From assembly GCA_903907895.1 (NCBI GenBank), contig CAIVPW010000062.1:1-38540 (forward strand): a stretch of DNA of 38,540 nt. The letters are read 5' to 3'. The position numbers were made by a program, and so were the translations under genes. The notes below the pieces were generated by a model. That model made no database searches. It was not told where the DNA came from and saw only the letters and a program-made list of their open reading frames with translations. Shown here piece after piece: positions 29,967-38,540 of the stretch (within the stretch, counting starts at the first letter, position 1; the number at the start of each line of letters is the position of its first letter). Origin of the DNA: an uncultured Alphaproteobacteria bacterium (GTDB taxonomy: Bacteria; Pseudomonadota; Alphaproteobacteria; UBA2966; CAIVPW01).

Positions 29967-30614
29967 CTAGTTCCGGCCGCGCCCGCGGGCGGCACCGCGC
30001 TTCGGTGCGGTGCGGGCGGCCTTGCTTCGCCTGCTCATCTTCTTTGCCTTGCCTGCGGCGGCCTTGAGACGGGCAGTGGTCTTGCGGCTGGTGCCGGCTT
30101 TGGGGCTGGCACCGGCTTTGCGCTTGGCGCTGGCTTTGCGGACAGGCGCCTTACGCGCAGCCGGCTTGCGGGGGGTAGTGCGCTTGCGCACCGGACCACT
30201 ACGGCGCCGGCGTCCTGCGGAGCCCTGCGTCTCCTCCGTTTGCATTGCCTGGCCGCCGGGCGGCGGCTGCAGCACGCCGAACAGCGTGCCGTCGGGATCG
30301 GCAAAGTACGCATGCATGCCGACGTTCGGGATGTCGTGCGGGCCCTGCACGATCCGTCCGCCGGCGGCTTCGATCCTGCTACGCGACTCGTCCAACGACG
30401 CGACCTCGATGGTGTTGATCACCGCCTGGCGCAGGTCACCCGGCTGCATGATGGCGCCGTCGATCCCGCGGTTGCTCTTGCCGGTGCGCACCAGCCAATA
30501 GGTCGAGCCCGGCATCTCCCACGCGTTGATCTCCCAGCCAAGCGCCTGCTTGTAGAATTCGTTCGCGCGCGTGGGATCCAGGGTCAGAATCTCGAAGTGG
30601 ATGGGGCGGGACAT
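29967..30614 (-). CDS. VOC family protein with a Lys/Arg/Ala-rich C-terminal tail
   Basis: MSRPIHFEI...DP.RA..FY...LGW, GIDGAI, IEAAGG.I......IP.VG..AYF.DPDG..FG..Q, then a ~75-aa basic low-complexity tail. GAGG RBS. Confidence 0.85.
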   Translation of the reverse strand: MSRPIHFEILTLDPTRANEFYKQALGWEINAWEMPGSTYWLVRTGKSNRGIDGAIMQPGDLRQAVINTIEVASLDESRSRIEAAGGRIVQGPHDIPNVGMHAYFADPDGTLFGVLQPPPGGQAMQTEETQGSAGRRRRSGPVRKRTTPRKPAARKAPVRKASAKRKAGASPKAGTSRKTTARLKAAAGKAKKMSRRSKAARTAPKRGAARGRGRN

Positions 30615-30892
30615 ACGGGCCTCGTTCGTTCGGTGACGCCGACGCAGCTTAGCGAACAGCACCGGTGCCACACAACGCGCGCCCGGGATTTCCGGCCCGA
30701 CGTGGTAACGGGCGCCCACCATCGACGGCGATCAACGACACGGCATTCCTGCCTGCTTATGGCCCCGCGCTGCGGCCGACGCACCACTTCGTAGATATCC
30801 GCGGATAGAGAGGGGTTGGCGCGGTCGCGCCCACGCTCTCTCCCGGCCGCACCGGCCGCGGAAGTCTCGGAGAGGTCAGTGTAATTCGGGAC

Positions 30893-31618
30893 ATGACCTT
30901 TCGTACGCATTCCCGACCCCGCATGACCCGCAGCGCCTTTGTGCAGCTGTTCTTCGCCCGAACCCTGCTGGCAGTGCTGGCCGGCGAGATGGTGGCCGGA
31001 TTGATCACCGCCAATTGGTGGGTTGCGTTCATCTCGCTCCTTGCCCTTTCGGCCAGCTTTCTGCCGGCCGTCCTCGACCGCAACACGCGGATGCATGCTC
31101 CGCCCGGCTTTCAGCTCGTGATCACGCTGTTCATCTTCGCCGCCTTCCTTGGCGAAGCGGCGGACTTCTACTGGCTGTTCTGGTGGTGGGACACGACGCT
31201 CCACCTCTGTTCAGGCCTCGTGGTTGGCCTGGTGGGTTTCCTGGTGCTGTTTGCGTTGTTCGACAGCGAACGCGTGAAGATGCCGCCGTTGCTGCTATCG
31301 GTGCTCGCTGTCGCGATCGCGATGGCGGTGGGCTCGGCTTGGGAGATCTTCGAGTTCAGCGTCGACCACCTGATCGATCTCGACATGCAGCGTAAGACGC
31401 TGTCCGACAACAGCGGCCTCATCGACACGATGGTGGACGAGATCGTCAACGCGGTGGGCGCAATCCTCTCGGTTTCCATCGCGCACCTGCGCACCAGTCA
31501 CCGGCGTGGCCGCCAATGGGCTAAGGAGCTTGGTAGCCAGTTCGTGGAGCGGCCGGCCCCCAAGCCCAAGCGCAAGCGTTATCGTCGCGCCTTCGTGCAT
31601 TCACACCGCGACGCGTAA
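30893..31618 (+). CDS. Integral membrane protein (DUF2238-like motifs)
   Basis: Multi-TM with FLGE..DFY..FWWWD..LH..SG, WEIFEF..D and GL.DTM.D.IVN..GA motifs. Start could instead be 30923. Confidence 0.8.
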   Translation: MTFRTHSRPRMTRSAFVQLFFARTLLAVLAGEMVAGLITANWWVAFISLLALSASFLPAVLDRNTRMHAPPGFQLVITLFIFAAFLGEAADFYWLFWWWDTTLHLCSGLVVGLVGFLVLFALFDSERVKMPPLLLSVLAVAIAMAVGSAWEIFEFSVDHLIDLDMQRKTLSDNSGLIDTMVDEIVNAVGAILSVSIAHLRTSHRRGRQWAKELGSQFVERPAPKPKRKRYRRAFVHSHRDA

Positions 31619-31650
31619 CGGCCTGCCATGGCGGGGTCCATGCCCAGCCG

Positions 31651-31828
31651 ATGTCCGGCGTCGACCGTCCGCAGATGCTTTTGGCCCGCGCCCTCCAGGC
31701 CGTTCTCTCCGTGGAGTTCATCGCAGCGTTGTTCAATCAGCGCTGGCCTGATCGTCAACTGCCTGGGTGCGCTGGCGGCGGTGGTGTTGGCACACGTGTA
31801 CGTCGCGCGCCGCGCTGGCCGAATCTGA
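31651..31828 (+). pseudogene. Internally deleted, frameshifted paralog of the 30893-31618 gene
   Basis: QMLLARALQAVLSVEFIAALFNQRW resembles QLFFARTLLAVLAGEMVAGLITANW. After about 31747 another frame gives LIVNCLGALAAVVLAH, which resembles EIVNAVGAILSVSIAH. Confidence 0.7.
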
Positions 31829-31930
31829 TTCTTGAGCGGATGCAGCGCCGATGGAGTCGGCGGTCTCCCTGCGCCGATCGAACGGGGAGAACGAAGGGGA
31901 GAGCCGCCCATCAGAAAGGCCGCTAGTGGG

Positions 31931-31963
31931 AAAAGAGAAGCCCCGGCCGCGTGGGCCGGGGCT
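31931..31963 (-). terminator. Intrinsic terminator downstream of tRNA-Asn
   Basis: 10-bp stem AGCCCCGGCC/GGCCGGGGCT followed by TCTCTTTT on the minus strand. Confidence 0.75.
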
Positions 31964-32018
31964 GCGCCTTGTGGTGCCGTCGCGCTCGCTGCGAACGCTT
32001 GCGCCTCGCAACAAGAAA

Positions 32019-32093
32019 TGGCTCCTCGGGAGGGATTCGAACCCCCGACCAGCCGGTTAACAGCCGGCTGCTCTACCGCTGAGCTACCGAGGA
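32019..32093 (-). tRNA. tRNA-Asn (GTT)
   Basis: TCCTCGGTAGCTCAGCGGTAGAGCAGCCGGCT-GTT-AACCGGCTGGTCGGGGGTTCGAATCCCTCCCGAGGAGCCA; cloverleaf with encoded CCA. Upstream TTGGCG-N17-TATAAC. Confidence 0.97.
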
Positions 32094-32235
32094 ATAAGAG
32101 TGCGGCGTTGCGTACCGCCGATCCAAGGCCCGCGCTGGGCGCCGGGGTTATAGCAACCAGATCGTACTACGCCAAGGCGCTCGAAGGTTCGCGACCGGCG
32201 CGGATGGACCTGTGAAAGGGACTTGCCAAGGACTT

Positions 32236-32309
32236 TGGAGGTCGGGACCGGAATTGAACCGGTGTACGAGGTTTTGCAGACCTCTGCGTAGCCACTCCGC
32301 CACCCGACC
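32236..32309 (-). tRNA. tRNA-Cys (GCA)
   Basis: GGTCGGGTGGCGGAGTGGCTACGCAGAGGTCT-GCA-AAACCTCGTACACCGGTTCAATTCCGGTCCCGACCTCCA. Upstream TTGACC...TATACA promoter-like sequence. Confidence 0.97.
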
Positions 32310-32370
32310 GTTGCGGCTGTATATGGCTCGACCAGCGGGGGGTCAAGGACGCGCGGCGGAACGGCGACGC

Positions 32371-32817
32371 CTACGGCGGCGGCTCTGTCGCTTCGATGCG
32401 CACCGTGGCGAGGCCCTGGCGCACCATGCCGAGCTGCTCCGCTGCGCCGAGTGAGAGGTCGAGGACGCGCCCGTCGATGAACGGCCCGCGGTCATTCACG
32501 CGCACTACGACCGATTTGCTGTTGTCCAGGTTCGTCACGCGCACGTAGCTCGGCAGAGCCATCGTGCGATGTGCCGCGGTCAGCAGATGCATGTCGTACA
32601 GCTCGCCGTTGGCGGTTTTGCGTCCGTGATAGGGCTCGCCATACCAAGAGGCGACACCGACCTCAGGACCGAGGGCGCGCAGAGCAGCCGGCAGCAAGGC
32701 GAGGTCGGCGCGGTTCAGGCGTGTTTGAGCATACCCCAGTCCGCCAACGGCCATTCCGGCCGCTAGCGACACCACCAGATCGAGACGCGACTGCAACCGC
32801 TTCTTTTTGACCGGCAC
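32371..32817 (-). CDS. rlpA: Second RlpA-like DPBB protein (no SPOR domain)
   Basis: GVASWYGEPYHGRKTANGE.YDM..LTAAHRT..LPSYVRVTNLDN.KSVVVRVNDRGPFI.GR.LDLS. GGAG RBS before GTG. Confidence 0.88.
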   Translation of the reverse strand: MPVKKKRLQSRLDLVVSLAAGMAVGGLGYAQTRLNRADLALLPAALRALGPEVGVASWYGEPYHGRKTANGELYDMHLLTAAHRTMALPSYVRVTNLDNSKSVVVRVNDRGPFIDGRVLDLSLGAAEQLGMVRQGLATVRIEATEPPP

Positions 32818-32998
32818 CTAGACTCCCTGGTCGAGGCACCGGAGCGTCCCGGTGGCGCATGGCGACTTTGTGGCGTCGAAGAGGTAGGTGGCGGGGGCAT
32901 GCACGGGGCTGTACGCCCGTTGGGCATGGGACAACGGGAATCCGTTGCAGGGGCGGGGGGCGCCTGCCTATAAGGCCAGAGGTACAAAAACGCTTGGG

Positions 32999-33661
32999 AT
33001 GTCGTCCATGTTCGATCCCGCACTTGCGCGCCGCCTGATGATCGATAACCAGCTGCGGCCGAACCGCATCCTGGATGCCCGTGTCATCGACGCGATGGCC
33101 ACGGTGCCGCGCGAGGCGTTCGTCCCCGAGCGCATGCAGACGCTCGCGTACATCGACGAAGACGTACAGGTCGCGCCAGGACGATACTTGGTCGAGCCGC
33201 GGGTGTTTGCCCGCCTCGTCCAGGAACTCGACATTCGCGAGAGCGACCGGGTCCTCGATGTCGGCTGCGCCACCGGGTACTCCACGGCCGTTCTCGCGCG
33301 CCTTGCCCGCGAGGTGGTGGCGCTGGAATCGGACGCGGCATTGGCGTCGCGCGCCGGCCAGTTGCTGTCACGCCACGGGCTCACGAACTTCACGACGCGG
33401 GTCGGGTCGCTGGCCGCTGGCGCGCCGGACCTTGCCCCGTATCAGGCCATCCTGTTGGCGGGCTCGATCGAAGAAGTGCCGGCCAAGCTGCGAGAGCAGT
33501 TGGCAATCGGCGGCCGCCTCGGCGCTGTGATCATGAGCGGGGGGGTAGGCAAGGCCACGATCATCACCCGCCACCAAGCCGGATTCGGTGCGCGCCAGAT
33601 CATGGATGCGGCGACGCCAACCCTGCCGGGCTTCGCAAGCGAGAAGGGATTTGTCTTTTAG
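32999..33661 (+). CDS. pcm: Protein-L-isoaspartate O-methyltransferase
   Basis: ARR.MIDNQLRPN, M..VPRE.FVP...LAY.DED, VLDVGCATGYSTAVLA, QL..GGRL, F.F C-terminus. Usual position upstream of popZ. Confidence 0.9.
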   Translation: MSSMFDPALARRLMIDNQLRPNRILDARVIDAMATVPREAFVPERMQTLAYIDEDVQVAPGRYLVEPRVFARLVQELDIRESDRVLDVGCATGYSTAVLARLAREVVALESDAALASRAGQLLSRHGLTNFTTRVGSLAAGAPDLAPYQAILLAGSIEEVPAKLREQLAIGGRLGAVIMSGGVGKATIITRHQAGFGARQIMDAATPTLPGFASEKGFVF

Positions 33662-33867
33662 TAACCATTCCAGCGGAAGGTGGCCTGGTTTGGTCCGGAA
33701 ATCCGGTTGATTCTCCGCAGCCTTTGCGGTCTATTTTGTGATCAGCCTGGCCAGGGACCACAAACACTTGTGGTGGTAAATTGACCCCTTTAGACGTACG
33801 GTCGGTCTATATACCGGGTACATGGGGGGCGTCCGGCGGCTCTCGCCGGGCTTTGAAGGGCTGACCG

Positions 33868-34653
33868 GTGGCCGAAGAAGCAGAAGCGCAACACGAACCG
33901 ACCATGGAGGAGATTCTCTCCTCCATTCGCCGCATCATTTCTGAGGACGGTGAGCCGGCCGCTGCCGCTCCCGAACCTGCGCCTGCACCGGCGCCCAAGC
34001 CCAAGCCTGCGTTGGTGAAGCCGGAGCGCCCCGCGCCCGCCGCCGCGCCGCCCGAGCCGCGCACGGTTGCGCCGCCGCCCGTCGAGAAGCCGGCGATGCG
34101 GGAGGAACCTGTCCTGGAACTGACTGAGGTGGTCCAGGATGACGGCACGGTCGTGAGTTTGAACCGGCAGGCCGCGGCCCGCCGTCCGATGCCGGAACCC
34201 GAGCCGGTGCTGGACCCTGAGCCGATGGCTCAGATGATGGCGGACGCCGAAGAATTTATGGCCGCGCCCGCGCCGATGCCCATGCCGCCGCCGATGGCAG
34301 CGCCGCCGCCGCAACCACCCATGCCGCCGCCGCGCATGGCGCCGCCACCACCCCCACCACCCCCGCCAATGCAGCCAGCGACGCAGGCCGCGGACCCGTG
34401 GGCGGGAATTGCGGGGCTCGTGTCACACGATACCGAGGCCGCGGCAACGCAGGCGTTCGCGGGTTTGCAGACCATGGTTTCCGCCGTGAAGGGGCAGCCC
34501 CTCGGCGGAACGCAGCGCACCTTGGAAGAATTGGTGCGCGAACTGCTGCGCCCGATGCTGAAGCATTGGCTCGACCACAACCTGCAGCCCATCGTTGCCA
34601 GGGCCGTCGAGCGCGAAGTCTCGCGCCTATCCGGCCGCTCCGACAAAGACTGA
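33868..34653 (+). CDS. popZ: Polar organizing protein (DUF2497)
   Basis: N-terminal helix EPTMEEILSSIRRII, Pro/Glu-rich disordered linker, C-terminal TLEELVRELLRPMLK.WLD.NL..IV...VERE..R. Confidence 0.93.
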   Translation: MAEEAEAQHEPTMEEILSSIRRIISEDGEPAAAAPEPAPAPAPKPKPALVKPERPAPAAAPPEPRTVAPPPVEKPAMREEPVLELTEVVQDDGTVVSLNRQAAARRPMPEPEPVLDPEPMAQMMADAEEFMAAPAPMPMPPPMAAPPPQPPMPPPRMAPPPPPPPPPMQPATQAADPWAGIAGLVSHDTEAAATQAFAGLQTMVSAVKGQPLGGTQRTLEELVRELLRPMLKHWLDHNLQPIVARAVEREVSRLSGRSDKD

Positions 34654-34687
34654 TCGCTCTCACCGCGCTTTTGCGCCGCTAGAAAAG

Positions 34688-34724
34688 CAAACCCTCTCCC
34701 ACGACGTGGGAGAGGGTTTGTTTG
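34688..34724. terminator. Bidirectional intrinsic terminator
   Basis: 15-bp perfect stem CAAACCCTCTCCCAC/GTGGGAGAGGGTTTG between convergent genes, with T-rich tails on both strands. Confidence 0.85.
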
Positions 34725-34735
34725 CTGGTTTGTTC

Positions 34736-35872
34736 TCAGACTACTTCTTGCGCCTTGGCCGTGACCGTCGCCGGTACCGTGATGCCGAGTGCGCGGGCGT
34801 TGCGGGCGCTTACGGTCAACTCGGGCTCGGCGAGCGCAACCGCAATTGCCTCCGGCTTTTCCCCTTTGAGGATGCGACCGACCTGGCGTGCGGCCAGGCG
34901 ATACATCTCGGCGGTGTTGGCGCCGAAGCTCAGCAGGCCGCCACCGATGGTGGCGTCGCGCCAAGGCGTGACCATTGGAATCTTCGCGGCTAACGCGAGG
35001 GTGCCGAAGTCGGTCGCGTACTCGGTGAGATCGATCGTGTGGGCGACGACGATGGCCTGCACGCCCTGCGCCTTCGCCTCGAACATCGCGCGATAGTGCG
35101 CGCCGGCGTCGAGTGCCACGTCATCCACCACGTCGTCGATGTAGAGCGGCACGAGCTGCATGTTGAGGCGCTGGGCCGCGGCCTGCGCCGCGCTGATCAG
35201 CGAGTTGCCGAACGGCGTTGGCGAATTGATCGGGCTGCGGACCAGATAGCCGACCTTATTGGCCTGCGGCAGGGTTTCGCGCAGCAGGTCAAAACGGCGC
35301 GTCTCTAGCGCTGCACCGTTCTCGGCGGTGACGCCGGTGATGTTGCCGCCCGGACGCTCCAGGCTCTGCACGAGGCCGCTGGCGACGAGGTCGCCGGCCA
35401 CGACGACGACCGGGATTGTCTCCGTCGTCGCGTTGACGCCGCGCGCGGTAAACGTGGTGCCGCTGAACACGACGTCGGGATTCGTGCGCGCAAGGTTCAC
35501 ACCAAGCGCGTTGTAGCGGTTGCCCTGCAGGCGGCGGACCATATTGAACGCCGCGCCGGACGTCTTCTCGAAGACGACGTTCTGGCCGTCGTTGTATCCC
35601 TGTGCACGCAGCTCGGCGAAGAAAGCCTGCCAGGCGGGGTTGGCGCCTTCGGCGCCCAACATCTGATCCGCGGGGACCGTTGGGCTGGCGATGGCGATCT
35701 TCTTGGCGCCGGGCGGAACCGCGACGCCCGTCGCGGCCGGTGCGGCGGCCGGTGCGGCCGCTGCAGGCGCGGGCGGTGCTGCCTGTTGCGCTTGGGCGGT
35801 CACTGCAAAAGCGGCTGCGCCGGCGGTGCCGGCCAGAAATGCGCGCCGGCCGAGTTTCTTGAATTCGTTCAT
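34736..35872 (-). CDS. Tat-exported ABC-type substrate-binding protein (ABC_sub_bind-like)
   Basis: GRRAFLAG twin-Arg signal, IPVV....D.VASGLV.SL.RPGGNITGV, GGLLSFG, ILKGEKP. No cognate permease nearby. Confidence 0.85.
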   Translation of the reverse strand: MNEFKKLGRRAFLAGTAGAAAFAVTAQAQQAAPPAPAAAAPAAAPAATGVAVPPGAKKIAIASPTVPADQMLGAEGANPAWQAFFAELRAQGYNDGQNVVFEKTSGAAFNMVRRLQGNRYNALGVNLARTNPDVVFSGTTFTARGVNATTETIPVVVVAGDLVASGLVQSLERPGGNITGVTAENGAALETRRFDLLRETLPQANKVGYLVRSPINSPTPFGNSLISAAQAAAQRLNMQLVPLYIDDVVDDVALDAGAHYRAMFEAKAQGVQAIVVAHTIDLTEYATDFGTLALAAKIPMVTPWRDATIGGGLLSFGANTAEMYRLAARQVGRILKGEKPEAIAVALAEPELTVSARNARALGITVPATVTAKAQEVV

Positions 35873-36043
35873 GGGCCCCCTCCCGGGTCCTAATTGCGTG
35901 TCGCAGATTACTTCGCGGAGGGTCCAAGGTCGCCCCAGGAAAGAGCGTCAAATTCGCGTGAAACTTGTTTGAGGGCTTGCCGAAGGCGGTGCCTCGGAGT
36001 GCATTGTGCCCAGCCATTCGTTTTTTGCTGTGGGGAGGGAACC

Positions 36044-36427
36044 ATGCTCCGCCGTCTATTCCTTGTTGCGATTCTTTCGTTGTTCCTGGCGCCGCTCGCC
36101 AACGCTGCCGCGCCGGTGCCGTATGACGACACGGCGTTCAAGGCGGCCCAAGCCGCAGGCAAGCCGATTCTCGTGCAGGTGCATGCAGATTGGTGCCCGC
36201 AGTGCGCTGCGCAGCGCCCGATCATTGCGAACCTGATCAAGACCGATAAGTTCAAGGACATGGTCATCTTCAACATCGACTTCGACACGCAGAAGGACCT
36301 GGTGCGGAAGTTCAACGCGATGCGCCAGAGCACGCTGATCGTGTTCAAGGGTGCGAATGAGATCGAGCGCTCGGTTGGCGCCACTCAAGCCGGCCCGATC
36401 ACCGACCTGCTGAACAAGGCGCTCTAA
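36044..36427 (+). CDS. Exported thioredoxin-like protein
   Basis: Signal peptide (..APLANA), GKPILV.VHADWCPQC..Q.P, DFD.QKD, QSTLIVFKG. GGAGG RBS. Confidence 0.9.
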   Translation: MLRRLFLVAILSLFLAPLANAAAPVPYDDTAFKAAQAAGKPILVQVHADWCPQCAAQRPIIANLIKTDKFKDMVIFNIDFDTQKDLVRKFNAMRQSTLIVFKGANEIERSVGATQAGPITDLLNKAL

Positions 36428-36441
36428 ACCTCGAACGCCTG

Positions 36442-36480
36442 AAAAAGGGGCCGCGCCGAAGGGCGGGGCCCCTTTTGTTT
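36442..36480. terminator. Bidirectional intrinsic terminator
   Basis: AAAAGGGGCC...GGCCCCTTTT stem with inner CGCC-GAAG-GGCG, between convergent trx and ccdA. Confidence 0.85.
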
Positions 36481-37201
36481 AGAAGCGGGTGGTGACGTTC
36501 AGGAGCCACTCGGGCATGTGCGTCACGAGCCAGGCTTCGAGGATGTGGTCGAAGCCGCTGAGGATCGAGAAGCCGAGCAGCAGCATCAGCACGCCAAGGA
36601 TCGTCTTGCCGGCCGAACCGGCAGCCGCGAACTTGCCGCGCCAACGCACCAGGGCCTGCCGGGAAAGGGTGCCGATGACCAGCAACGGGATGGTGGCACC
36701 GATGCCAAACAGCACCATCACCAAGGAAACCTGACCGAGGTTCTCGCCGCGCGCCGCCATCAGCGAGGCCGCGCCAAGGGTGGGACCGACGCAAGGGGTC
36801 CACACGACGCCGAGCAGGAGTCCGAGCAAGAACTGGCCCTGCCAACCACCCACGGTGATGCGGCCCATCCAGCCCTCGGCCATGGAGGAGACCCCGCCAC
36901 CCGCGATGGCGAAGCGTTGTTGCAGCGGTCCGCTCACCAGCACCAAGCCGATCGCGACCATGATGACGCCGCCGACCGAGCGAAACAGCGTTGCGTCCAG
37001 TCCAAGACCGAACCCGATCGTGGCGATGAAGATCCCAAGGCCGACGAACGAGACCAACACGCCGCCGGATAGAGCAACCGGACCGAGCCGGTGCGCGGAG
37101 GCCGCGCTGCCAACCACCAAGGGAATGAGCGGCAAAACGCACGGGTTGAAGGTCGACAACAACCCCGCCAGGAAACCGAAAAGATAGCTACCGCCGCCCA
37201 T
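36479..37201 (-). CDS. ccdA: CcdA/DsbD-beta thiol:disulfide transporter
   Basis: FLAGLLS..NPCVLPLIP and LG.VWTPCVGPTLG motifs, six TM segments. Confidence 0.9.
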   Translation of the reverse strand: MGGGSYLFGFLAGLLSTFNPCVLPLIPLVVGSAASAHRLGPVALSGGVLVSFVGLGIFIATIGFGLGLDATLFRSVGGVIMVAIGLVLVSGPLQQRFAIAGGGVSSMAEGWMGRITVGGWQGQFLLGLLLGVVWTPCVGPTLGAASLMAARGENLGQVSLVMVLFGIGATIPLLVIGTLSRQALVRWRGKFAAAGSAGKTILGVLMLLLGFSILSGFDHILEAWLVTHMPEWLLNVTTRF

Positions 37202-37315
37202 GATGAACCCCGCCCGTTGCGGGCGAAGCTAGCAGCGTGTGCCACCACGGCCAAACTCAAGAGCGCGTGTGCCAAAGAGCGCGGGAGCGCCAAGGCGCTC
37301 CCGCGTTCGTCTGGT

Positions 37316-37780
37316 TTAACGCACTGCGCCGCCGGCAGGAGTGCCAGCGCCGATCGCGCCGGCCGGGCCACCACCCGGAGCCAAACCGGCCTCGGCCGTG
37401 ATGGTGTTCAGAACCTTCTCGTTCTGCTGTGCCGCGTCGATCATGAAGGTCACCTTCACGCGGTTGCCGGCCCGGGCGAGGTCGGCCAAGTTCGTCGGCT
37501 CGTTGCCCCGCACAAAGAACTTCTCACCATTCTCCATCGTGAGGACCTTATCTTGCGGGCTCCATGCCTTGATGGTGCCGGTGAACTCGTTGGTGGCCGC
37601 CATCTGATTTGCCGCTGCGGCGCCGGCGTTGGCACCACCGGCAGCGTTGCCCGCGCCGCCGACGGCCGGCATGGCGGGGTTCGGGTTGACGGGGGTGGGG
37701 GTCACACCCTGGGCTACAGCGACATTGGCCGCGAGCAATAGTGCACCTGCCGTCGCGAGGACGGCTGCTTTGCGAAGCAT
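37316..37780 (-). CDS. Exported small beta-barrel (DUF1344/OB-fold-like) protein with G/A/N low-complexity flanks
   Basis: Signal peptide (..ANVAVA-Q), TGTIKA...K.LT.ENG.KF...G..VKVTF. AGGAG RBS region upstream of ATG 37780. Confidence 0.7.
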   Translation of the reverse strand: MLRKAAVLATAGALLLAANVAVAQGVTPTPVNPNPAMPAVGGAGNAAGGANAGAAAANQMAATNEFTGTIKAWSPQDKVLTMENGEKFFVRGNEPTNLADLARAGNRVKVTFMIDAAQQNEKVLNTITAEAGLAPGGGPAGAIGAGTPAGGAVR

Positions 37781-38006
37781 CGGACCTTCTCCTGGTTGGG
37801 AATGGCGCCGCGCGTGCGCGGCCATTACGGACCCTGACGTAAGCCCGCGGCGGCAGCCTCGCCATGGTGCCGCTGGGGTACGGGTTGGACCAAAGGGGAG
37901 GCGTGGCACTAGGCCGGCGGTTGCCGCCAAGCGGGCCATTGCACTAGGTTTGGCCCGCCGCTGAAGCCGTTCAGGCTTCCGTCCGCGGCAACGGGATTCA
38001 AAAAGC

Positions 38007-38540
38007 ATGGCATTGGACAAGACGTATCGGCCCGGGGAGGTCGAAACCCGGCAGTATGAACGATGGGAGAAGTCCGGCGCGTTCGCCGCTGGCGGCGTGC
38101 GCAGCAATGCCAAGCCGTACACCATCGTCATCCCGCCGCCGAACGTCACCGGCAGCCTTCACATCGGCCACGCCCTTAACAACTCGCTGCAGGATCTGCT
38201 CATCCGCTTCGAGCGCATGCGGGGCAAGGACACGCTGTGGCAGCCCGGCACCGATCACGCCGGCATCGCCACGCAAATGGTCGTCGAGCGGCAACTCGAA
38301 GCGCAGGGTATCCGCCGCAAGGAACTCGGCCGCGAAGCCTTCATCGATCGCGTCTGGAAATGGAAGGCCGAGTCCGGCGGGACCATCATCCGCCAGCTCC
38401 GCCGTCTCGGTGCATCGGCTGACTGGAGCCGCGAACGCTTCACCATGGACGAAGGCTTGTCCGAAGCGGTCAAGCACGTGTTCGTCACGCTCTACAAACA
38501 GGGCCTGATCTATCGCGACAAGCGGCTGGTCAACTGGGAC
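38007..38540 (+). CDS. valS: Valine--tRNA ligase, N-terminal part (truncated by the window edge)
   Basis: Hand translation MALDKTY.P.EVE...[21 protein letters not shown]...[20 protein letters not shown]...[10 protein letters not shown]...RLVNWD. Confidence 0.96.
   Translation, partial: MALDKTYRPGEVETRQYERWEKSGAFAAGGVRSNAKPYTIVIPPPNVTGSLHIGHALNNSLQDLLIRFERMRGKDTLWQPGTDHAGIATQMVVERQLEAQGIRRKELGREAFIDRVWKWKAESGGTIIRQLRRLGASADWSRERFTMDEGLSEAVKHVFVTLYKQGLIYRDKRLVNWD

Noticed and set aside
31829-32309. Integrative element at tRNA-Asn or tRNA-Cys
   Set aside because: No integrase, no duplicated tRNA 3' end and no obvious compositional shift seen.
34340-34367. CCA/CCC repeat tract as a contingency locus
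   Set aside because: It encodes the in-frame poly-proline of PopZ with mixed codons.

Overview
High-GC chromosomal window from an alphaproteobacterium (popZ, pcm, valS neighbourhood and zur-znuCB order; possibly Rhodospirillales-like, which is inference). It is mostly housekeeping and stress genes: trxC-msrA-conserved hypothetical, DUF1993, osmC, orphan rfbB, an AlgH/YqgE paralog, DUF2927, hisI divergent from zur-znuC-znuB, a coupled cysK-small membrane protein-sseA-metC operon, nudF, DUF3105, cobalamin riboswitch plus btuB-like receptor, two rlpA-like genes, an Fnr-like regulator, gltBD, two VOC proteins, a pentapeptide-repeat protein, a membrane-fused spermidine-synthase-like protein, tRNA-Asn and tRNA-Cys, pcm, popZ, a solute-binding protein, thioredoxin/ccdA and the start of valS. 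I saw no transposase, integrase, prophage or CRISPR array. The best unexplained signals are: (1) a candidate stand-alone sRNA with C-rich loops at ~6865-6979; (2) a Zur box with hisI in the position where znuA is usually found; (3) an unannotated 53-aa membrane protein behind an Fnr-like palindrome, next to an Fnr-like regulator with a variant recognition helix; (4) an AlgH paralog with a Tat-like signal peptide; (5) a VOC domain fused to a histone-like tail; (6) an internally deleted tandem paralog near tRNA-Asn. All family assignments come from motif recognition by eye; no database searches were run.
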